DNA from: Thiotrichales bacterium
GTDB lineage: Bacteria; Pseudomonadota; Gammaproteobacteria; CAZUMV01
Assembly (NCBI GenBank): GCA_012961935.1
Contig: DTYI01000133.1
Span: 1 to 43,323 of the forward strand
Reading direction: 5' to 3'
DNA: 43,323 nt
Below, one piece after another: positions 36,735 through 43,323 of the stretch. The translations under genes and the position numbers were made by a program. The notes beneath the pieces were generated by a model, which saw only the letters and a program-made list of their open reading frames with translations, searched no databases and had not been told where the DNA came from. How positions within the stretch are numbered: position 1 is the stretch's first letter; each line of letters begins with the position of its first letter.

Positions 36735-37178
36735 TCAGGCCGTCATATTTTCTTTGGGTATGCGTATGACCTGACCGGGATAAATCAGATCAGGATCTTT
36801 TATGACCTCCCGGTTAGCCTCGAACAGTTTGGGATAATCCATCGCGTTGCCGTAGAAGTTTTTGGCGATTTTCGAAAGGCTGTCACCCTTCTGGATGGTG
36901 TAATACTCGACTTCTACAACAGCTGCAGGTGCATTGATTGCGCTGATATCGACCTGCTCGACGCCATCAACGTTACCCGCCATTAAAATGGCCTTTTCCA
37001 TGGCCTCGGCTGACTGCGCATTGCCGCTGAGGACGACCTTGCCCTCCTCATAAACAACCTGCAGGCCATCCATGCCCGGATTGTCTTCTTCGATATGCGC
37101 TTTGATTTTTTCGGCAGGATCATCGTTCTTGCCGAACAGTTTTTTACCAATATTTTTGGCGAATGCAAAAAGCCCCAT
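36735..37178 (-). CDS. kbp: BON-LysM protein (Kbp/YgaU potassium-binding protein family)
   Basis: MGLF.F.K..GKKLFG, EKA.L.AGNV.GV, LysM YT...GDSLSKIAK..YG....Y..LFEAN......PD.IYPGQ..RIP. Confidence 0.85.
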   Translation of the reverse strand: MGLFAFAKNIGKKLFGKNDDPAEKIKAHIEEDNPGMDGLQVVYEEGKVVLSGNAQSAEAMEKAILMAGNVDGVEQVDISAINAPAAVVEVEYYTIQKGDSLSKIAKNFYGNAMDYPKLFEANREVIKDPDLIYPGQVIRIPKENMTA

Positions 37179-37223
37179 GGTGTGCTCCTCTGGTTATAAA
37201 AATCTTGATTAGTTGATATTGCT

Positions 37224-37784
37224 TTAGCGTAAAAACTTTGCGGCCATCCCCATTACATCATCAATGACTGAGCCATCGTTATCGGCATCCAGAAACGAAG
37301 AGAGCAAGCTGGAGGCGCCAGATGACTGGTTTCCGCCGCCAAGTAACTGGCTCAGTGCCCCACCTTTGGAGTGAGTTTGTTTGCTTAGTGCACCCATTGC
37401 CATGGTCGCCACAATTGGCAACATTTTCTTCAATATGCTATCGCTGATACCGGTTTCTTTTTGTACCTGACCAGCCAGAGATCGGCTCGCGTCTTTACTG
37501 CCCAGAATATGTCCAAGAATTTTATTGCCATCCTGCAATGCTGATGGTGTAAAAGCTTCCTGTGAATTTTCCAGGTAGCGTTGATGATTGCCTTTCTGAA
37601 TTGCACCCATTAGTGCTTCAAGCCCACTTGGCTGTGCCGTTCTTGTCTGAACGCCTTTGTTCAGGCCGCCGAGCAATTTTGCCAGTGCAGCAACAGTATT
37701 GTTTGTGTCTAGCCCGGTATTGTTGGCAAGTTGTTTTACAACAGCGCCGCCCTGGGCTTCAATGATGGTTTGTAATAGCCCCAT
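37224..37784 (-). CDS. DUF937 domain protein
   Basis: G..ILGHILG, TG........LP..A...MG.L, terminal LD.D.DGS..DD..G. Confidence 0.8.
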   Translation of the reverse strand: MGLLQTIIEAQGGAVVKQLANNTGLDTNNTVAALAKLLGGLNKGVQTRTAQPSGLEALMGAIQKGNHQRYLENSQEAFTPSALQDGNKILGHILGSKDASRSLAGQVQKETGISDSILKKMLPIVATMAMGALSKQTHSKGGALSQLLGGGNQSSGASSLLSSFLDADNDGSVIDDVMGMAAKFLR

Positions 37785-37982
37785 TTTCAGGTCTCCTTAG
37801 AGTGTTTATATGTAACTTTAATCGTGTTTTGTTCGGATAGTTTATACGCAGGAACATGACTGCTTCTGGCATATGAAATTGGTACCCAATGAAAAGAGTA
37901 TATAGCGCTATTGTGCAGAAGCAAAAATATTTTACAAATGTAGAAAATTAGAGCTTCAGATCAGGCTTTGATCTGGGTTTGC

Positions 37983-40205
37983 TCAGTCTGATTTGTCGTT
38001 TTTGTCGTTTCGATCTTCCTTGTCAGCTGCGATACGCCGAGCTTCTTCTTCGAGAATTTCTGTTTCCAGGTCGAAAGGCAAATCCAGCCCTTCTTCTGTT
38101 AAATCTTCGGCAATGTAATTAATGTCATCAGATGCCTGTTTGTATTCAGGTATTGTAAGATCCTGATCCTGATCCTCAACCGAGATGGTGTCCTGGTCAA
38201 AATTAGTTGGTAGGTCATCCGGTCCGAGCAAGGCAGGGTCGGTATCAGAGAAAGTCGCGTCAGAGAGAAAGTCTGTCATATCCTCATTGAGTACAGTCTC
38301 ACTGGTGATGAGTTCAGGGTGGGTCGGGTCGTCGAGCGGGTTCATGACTTCTGTTTCACCCGTTGCAGACAAAATACTCGTGACGGCAGTTTCAGCGCCA
38401 GGAGTCGACGCAGTAAATGCCTTGTCGCAGATTGCCTGAATCTTTCGATGGGTTTCTTCGTTACGATCCGGGAATTCACGGAATAATTCAACCGAAAGCG
38501 ATTGCATCTCGTCCATTTTTCCCGTTTCAGCCAGTAAGCGAAGTTTTAGTAATCTGTAATGTGTGTTCTCAGGATCTTCTTCCAGAAGCCTGTTAATGCT
38601 CTTCTCGGCCAGGGAATACTGATGGTAGGCGAGATAAATTTCTGCCTCCTGGGCTGAGTCCATTTCGGCTGTCGTTTCGGATTCAACTTTGATTTCATTT
38701 TCAGTTAATTCAGTTGAAGTGCCAATCTGGGTAGGGCTGTCTTCATCAAGCGTTTGGATACCGTGAATAGTCTGGTTGCCGATGACCGTTGGGTCATCTT
38801 CAAGCAGGCTTTGCGCCGTCGCTGGCTTTGTGCCGGGCAGGGCAGTATCAGGATGGTCGATCTCTGCTTCTGCCATATTGGCGACTTCTCGCGGTACAGG
38901 TGAGGTGTACTGGCCAGCGGTTGCGAGGGCTGGTTGTTTCTTACGTCTGAGGCCAAATACTGCCAATAGCGCTAAAAGCAGACCACCTAATATCCACGGC
39001 AACCCGTCAAGCCAGCCAGCCAGCGATTTTGTAGAAGTTGTTCCGAGCGTATTTTTTTGCTGCATTTCTGCCAGCGCCTTGATTTCCATGCGCAGTTTTT
39101 CCATTGCCTCATGCGTGGCTGACAGCTCTGCCCGGGTGTCACCAAGTGCTTCTTGCAGAGAACTGTTTTCGCCCTGCAACTCGGCGAGTTGGGTTTGCAT
39201 TTCAAGCACAGCAGCTTCAGCTATCTTTGTGCTTTCGGCAGTGCTTGTCGTTTCAACTGCGGTGGCCGTTGCGTCTGTTCCCGTATCGGTTGTTGGTTGT
39301 TGCAGTGTTGGGTCAGGCGGCAGAATCTCAAGCCTGGGCTCTACTGGTTCAACGGCAACGGTTTCAGTCTGTTTAGGTGGTTCGGGTGTGGGCTCAGGTG
39401 TAGGTGCAGGTTTGGGTTCCTGAGTGACGGCTACGGGAGGTGCTGTCACTTCAGTCAGATTTGGAATAACCAGATCTACATTTGCCTTGAGCCGATCCAT
39501 GGAACCCATAAATGCATCAGGATTTGCTGCATAAATGGCCTCCATATATTCGCGCATGCTCAGGTCCGTGCCACGACGGGCAGCCTGGGCGATTAGTGAT
39601 AATGAATCACCTCGACTGACCGTGTATTTATCACCGCTGATTTGAATGGGTTTGCGGGTTTTGCGTCGAGGCTTTCGAGATTTTGCCGCTGGTGCCGGAC
39701 GGGACACAGTGGTTTGTGCCTGTGCCGGAGTGGTTAGATGCTCACGAATAACCGGGCCTGGTTCAGGTCGTGCAGCAGCCAGGTAATTAGGAGGATCCAG
39801 TAGAACGGATACTTCTTTAACCAGGTGTCCTTTTTCCCAACTGACATCAATCAGAAAATTAAGCAGGGGTTCGTAAAGAGAACGTTGGGAGATAATGTTG
39901 AGTTGGAGCTTTCCACCAGGAGAGCGGGTTATGTTAAAACGTAAATCGCGCAAAATATTCGCGTAGGGCAGGCCGGCACGATTATGCGCAGCAGGATTGG
40001 CCAGTCCGGCAATGATTTCTTCAGCCGAAACTTTTTCTCCACGCGCAAGATAAATGGGGATGCTGGCTGAGAGGGGTTCGTTCAGGGCGGAATTGATGTT
40101 TAATTCACCCAGACCCAGTGCTGAAGCTGACTGTAAAGCACACAGCAGAGGCAGTGACAATGCGATTTGCTGTTGCAGTTTGCTGACTGTTCTCTTCGGT
40201 TTCAT
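37983..40205 (-). CDS. FimV-like protein (FimV N-domain, LysM, coiled coil, TM, acidic cytoplasmic tail)
   Basis: ALGLGE...NSALNEPL.A.I, EP.L.F...V.W..G...KE..VLLDPP, LysM Y.V..GDSLS.IA, ANPDAF, TM, and TPR EAEIYLAY. Confidence 0.85.
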   Translation of the reverse strand: MKPKRTVSKLQQQIALSLPLLCALQSASALGLGELNINSALNEPLSASIPIYLARGEKVSAEEIIAGLANPAAHNRAGLPYANILRDLRFNITRSPGGKLQLNIISQRSLYEPLLNFLIDVSWEKGHLVKEVSVLLDPPNYLAAARPEPGPVIREHLTTPAQAQTTVSRPAPAAKSRKPRRKTRKPIQISGDKYTVSRGDSLSLIAQAARRGTDLSMREYMEAIYAANPDAFMGSMDRLKANVDLVIPNLTEVTAPPVAVTQEPKPAPTPEPTPEPPKQTETVAVEPVEPRLEILPPDPTLQQPTTDTGTDATATAVETTSTAESTKIAEAAVLEMQTQLAELQGENSSLQEALGDTRAELSATHEAMEKLRMEIKALAEMQQKNTLGTTSTKSLAGWLDGLPWILGGLLLALLAVFGLRRKKQPALATAGQYTSPVPREVANMAEAEIDHPDTALPGTKPATAQSLLEDDPTVIGNQTIHGIQTLDEDSPTQIGTSTELTENEIKVESETTAEMDSAQEAEIYLAYHQYSLAEKSINRLLEEDPENTHYRLLKLRLLAETGKMDEMQSLSVELFREFPDRNEETHRKIQAICDKAFTASTPGAETAVTSILSATGETEVMNPLDDPTHPELITSETVLNEDMTDFLSDATFSDTDPALLGPDDLPTNFDQDTISVEDQDQDLTIPEYKQASDDINYIAEDLTEEGLDLPFDLETEILEEEARRIAADKEDRNDKNDKSD

Positions 40206-40321
40206 GATCCTGGTCTGAATGTAAGGCGCGTTCTATGGCGTCCCTGTTAGCGATTCTGCTTCATTATGGCTCTGAATTGTAATCAATCAGGACGCATTCT
40301 GCGAGCGATGATGCTGATTTA

Positions 40322-40359
40322 GCGGTAGATTCTGATATTTTACGGTCAGAATCTACCGC
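40322..40359. repeat. Perfect 14-bp inverted repeat (hairpin without a U-tract)
   Basis: GCGGTAGATTCTGA-TATTTTACGG-TCAGAATCTACCGC between the OmpA-domain gene and the fimV-like gene. Confidence 0.75.
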
Positions 40360-40412
40360 AGGTGGCCGATTCTGTGATCAAGATCGCGCTAGTTGGGACG
40401 CATGCGCGAGCA

Positions 40413-42377
40413 TTATTTTCGGCGCAGCTCCACACGCCGGTTTTGCGCGCGCCCTGCTGCACTGGCGTTGCTCGCAACAGGTTGGTCCGGGCCATATCCA
40501 TAAGCGCTCAGGCGTTCGGCCGCGATGCCCTGCCCAATCAGATAATCTTTTACGGCATTCGCACGAGTTGCAGAAAGAGCAATATTGAGTTCCCTTGAGC
40601 CTGTGTTGTCAGTATGGCCTGCGACCTCAATGTTTAGATTATCATTTTGTTTGAGAATCGTAGCCACGCGATCCAGCACTACCAGTGACTCGGCAGTAAA
40701 ATCGGCTGAACCGCTCTGGAAGTTAACGCCTTCCAGTGTAATGGTTGCCTCGGCGTGACAGCCGACCTCGTCCGCCTGTTTCCCGTCGGGTGTGCCTGGG
40801 CATAAATCAAGCCGATCCACGATGCCATCCAGATCCGTATCCGGCTCACAACCTTTTGCATTGACGCTGACTCCAGAACTGGTGTCAGGACAAATATCCA
40901 TTGCATCAGCCACACCATCCCCATCGCTATCGGTTGTCATTTTCTCCAGTTTGCTTTGTGCTTGTTGAGCTTTTTCCATTTCAGCTTTCAGTGTCTGGTT
41001 TTCATTTTCCAGACTGATGATCCGCTGATTCAGCGCTTCACTATTTCCCTGGCAGGTTTTGAGCTCATCCTTTAAATCAGACAGTTGTTGGAGTTGCTGT
41101 TCAAGTTGCTGGATTTTTGCATTGGCCGCTGCCAGTGATTCAGTTCGGGCCTGCAATTCACTCTCATTCTTTTGCAGTGATGCGGTTAATTCCTGGGTCG
41201 CCTGTTGCGAATGTTTGCTGGCTTCAAGCTGCGCAGTGAGTTGTGCCTGTTCGGTCTCCTTTGCCTGTAGCGCATTTTGTAGTTGCGCAATTTCCGCATC
41301 TTTGGTTTCAATCATGGCCTTGAGGTCGCCTGACTGTTTCTGGGCGACAGCCAGTTGCTCCTGCATGGCTTTGTAGTCTGTGCTCATGCTGGCGAGCCTG
41401 TCACGCGCATCCCGGCTGGCCGCTTTTAGCCCGGTCATCATGGATTCAATATTATTAAAACGCATCTTCATAGCGCCGATTTCGTCTTCGCGATCAGCCA
41501 CAGCCTTTTTCAGTCTGCTGATTTCTTCTGATTGTGTTTGTGCTTCTGTGATAGTGGCCTGAGCTGTTTCGAGATTGCCCTGTTGTTGGTGATGGCTTTG
41601 TCTGAGTTGATCCAGCTCTTGTTGCAAGGAAGTCATTTGGTTTTGTAACTGATCACGCTCAGCTTCCAGTTGGGAAAATGCTGCTTGTTGTTGCTGATTT
41701 TGCTCTGAGAGATTTTTTTCGGCTGAAGCCTGGTTTGTCTTCAGGACATTCAATTCGTCAAGCAAGGTCTGGTGCGCGGCCAACGCCTGATCCCGTTCTG
41801 CCGATAACGCCCCGAGCTGATCTTGTAATTGGTCGCGCTCTGCGGTTAATGCAGCCATGCTGGCTTCAATCAGGCTTAACTGTACAAGATTATCCTGCCG
41901 GGGTTGTGGCTGTTGAATACCCTGCAGGCTGTTTCTCAGATGCATGTTTTCTGTTTCCAGAGCCTGTAATCGTCGATTCAGATGCTGTAACTGCTGCTCC
42001 AGCATCTGACTGCGAGCATTTGGTTGGGGGGTGGATGGGTGCATGGGCGGCGGCACACGCGGGTCAGGAAAAACAGGCTCCGGTGGGTGTGCAGGAAAAA
42101 AGTCTGACCAGGGAGGAATGGGCATAGGCCGGGGTGGAGGGGCGAAACTCCCGCGTGGTCCTGGGCCAAAGTGGTATCGTGGTTCGTCTAATGCTTCCCA
42201 GGGTGGTTCCGGTAAAAATGGTGGCTCGAATGCCGGGCCTGCAGAAAATCTGTCTGGGAATGGTTCCGGAAAGAAAGGCTCAGGAAAGCTACTATCATTC
42301 TGCTCGCCGGAATGAGCCAATGTGGTTGTTAGCGGTACCAGTATAAGAGCCAGTATCAGTGGTGTGACTTTTAACAT
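40413..42377 (-). CDS. OmpA-domain protein with Pro-rich N-terminus, long coiled coil and TSP3-like repeats
   Basis: Signal peptide, Pro/Phe-rich segment, Gln/Glu/Leu heptads, DSDGDGV.D..D.CP.T twice, and OmpA C-domain GHTD..G....N..LS..RA, GYG...P, NRRVE. Confidence 0.88.
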   Translation of the reverse strand: MLKVTPLILALILVPLTTTLAHSGEQNDSSFPEPFFPEPFPDRFSAGPAFEPPFLPEPPWEALDEPRYHFGPGPRGSFAPPPRPMPIPPWSDFFPAHPPEPVFPDPRVPPPMHPSTPQPNARSQMLEQQLQHLNRRLQALETENMHLRNSLQGIQQPQPRQDNLVQLSLIEASMAALTAERDQLQDQLGALSAERDQALAAHQTLLDELNVLKTNQASAEKNLSEQNQQQQAAFSQLEAERDQLQNQMTSLQQELDQLRQSHHQQQGNLETAQATITEAQTQSEEISRLKKAVADREDEIGAMKMRFNNIESMMTGLKAASRDARDRLASMSTDYKAMQEQLAVAQKQSGDLKAMIETKDAEIAQLQNALQAKETEQAQLTAQLEASKHSQQATQELTASLQKNESELQARTESLAAANAKIQQLEQQLQQLSDLKDELKTCQGNSEALNQRIISLENENQTLKAEMEKAQQAQSKLEKMTTDSDGDGVADAMDICPDTSSGVSVNAKGCEPDTDLDGIVDRLDLCPGTPDGKQADEVGCHAEATITLEGVNFQSGSADFTAESLVVLDRVATILKQNDNLNIEVAGHTDNTGSRELNIALSATRANAVKDYLIGQGIAAERLSAYGYGPDQPVASNASAAGRAQNRRVELRRK

Positions 42378-42671
42378 TGAGGGCCTCCCGGTTATTTTGT
42401 TTGCCGGGATTATATGGGATATGGATTCGTTTGACGAATAGCATATAGCATTGTGAACTACTTAACGGTATGGCGATGTCTACTGCTGTACTCTACCAAC
42501 GCATAACCATTTGACTGGAATTTCATACAAGAAATCAACTGGATAGAGTGTTGTGTTCATTATCTATGCTAGACTTTGGCCGAACTTCCGGGAAGCGGCA
42601 GTAAAACGATAACCAGAAGTACAGTGAAATTTGGTTCATCAGCCACGAATAAATAAGAGAGTAACAGGAAC

Positions 42672-43184
42672 ATGAGAAAATTTTTAAAGCCTATTGCCCC
42701 AATTTTAGCAAGCGTTATGCTTTTGCAGGGTTGTCAAGGAGACGGTGATGCAGCGCCTGTAGGCAGCACATTAACGATTGCTCCGTCAGAAGTAACCTGG
42801 ACTATCTCAAATCCTGGTGCCTGTGACCCAAACGTCTATGCTGATAGATTGTTTGTCATAACTGCGAGTGATCCAACGGGTGCACCGCTGGGTGAGACAG
42901 ACTTACTCATGACGCTGCAATTAGCAGGCAACACATCAAATAGCCCCGTCATGACTTTAATTTCAGATACAGGCAGCGAGCCTGGTGTGGTTGATGCGGG
43001 TGATGAAGTTGTTAGCGATGTGGGTGATGGTGGCTACACTACGAAAACGAATGATGAAGGTATCGCAAAGATCATTGTACGAATGACACTTTCCTGTACT
43101 TACAAAGGAAGTCTGGATGTTTTTGGTTCGGGTGGTTTATTGTTTAATTCCGTTAGTCTTGCTGTGGAAGAAGACGAAGGTTGA
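42672..43184 (+). CDS. Hypothetical lipoprotein, beta-rich (Ig/Big-like)
   Basis: Lipobox LQGC; D.TG.PL and TN.EG.A motifs typical of bacterial Ig-like folds; two further Cys; AGGA RBS. Confidence 0.65.
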   Translation: MRKFLKPIAPILASVMLLQGCQGDGDAAPVGSTLTIAPSEVTWTISNPGACDPNVYADRLFVITASDPTGAPLGETDLLMTLQLAGNTSNSPVMTLISDTGSEPGVVDAGDEVVSDVGDGGYTTKTNDEGIAKIIVRMTLSCTYKGSLDVFGSGGLLFNSVSLAVEEDEG

Positions 43185-43323
43185 TTGAATAAAAGCATTT
43201 ACCCACATTATCGAGCCTGTAAATAATTCTGTGTAACTGCTCGTTATATTATCTCCGCATTTCCACCCACTATCTTCTGCTTGTCACCTATCATTCCTAC
43301 TATTGCCAAACCAACTAAATCTT

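Noticed and set aside
38776-39423. Long antisense ORFs (also 6771-7379, 9536-10021, 33612-34052 and similar)
   Set aside because: They are shadows of well-supported genes on the opposite strand, with no motifs of their own.
42470-42487. Sigma54 promoter upstream of the lipoprotein gene
   Set aside because: GG-to-GC spacing is 11 nt rather than the required 10.

Overview
Ordinary-looking chromosomal DNA from a gammaproteobacterium, probably a chemolithotrophic sulfur oxidiser (inferred from the sulfur oxygenase reductase homologue, SoxH-like hydrolase and multiple c-type cytochromes). From left to right: an ABC-2 exporter pair; DUF4390-ntrY-ntrX-trkA-trkH plus a methyltransferase; three c-type cytochrome genes with two matching FNR-like boxes; a divergent sulfur oxygenase reductase (SOR) directly behind a complete AmmeMemoRadiSam triad; a ParDE/RelE toxin-antitoxin pair; NhaP; ppk2; an NspS/MbaA-like polyamine-sensing c-di-GMP module; oxyR with a peroxiredoxin; a repeat-rich scar holding a frameshifted secreted-protein remnant; a SoxH-like MBL hydrolase; housekeeping genes (cmoB, slyD, dinB, BolA, dihydroorotase); and a cluster of peptidoglycan-binding envelope proteins. 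The best candidate for an undescribed system is 10.3-17.3 kb: the cytochrome trio, the divergent SOR and the AmmeMemoRadiSam genes. No rRNA, tRNA, CRISPR array or intact transposase was seen. All family calls come from motif recognition by eye; no database searches were run.
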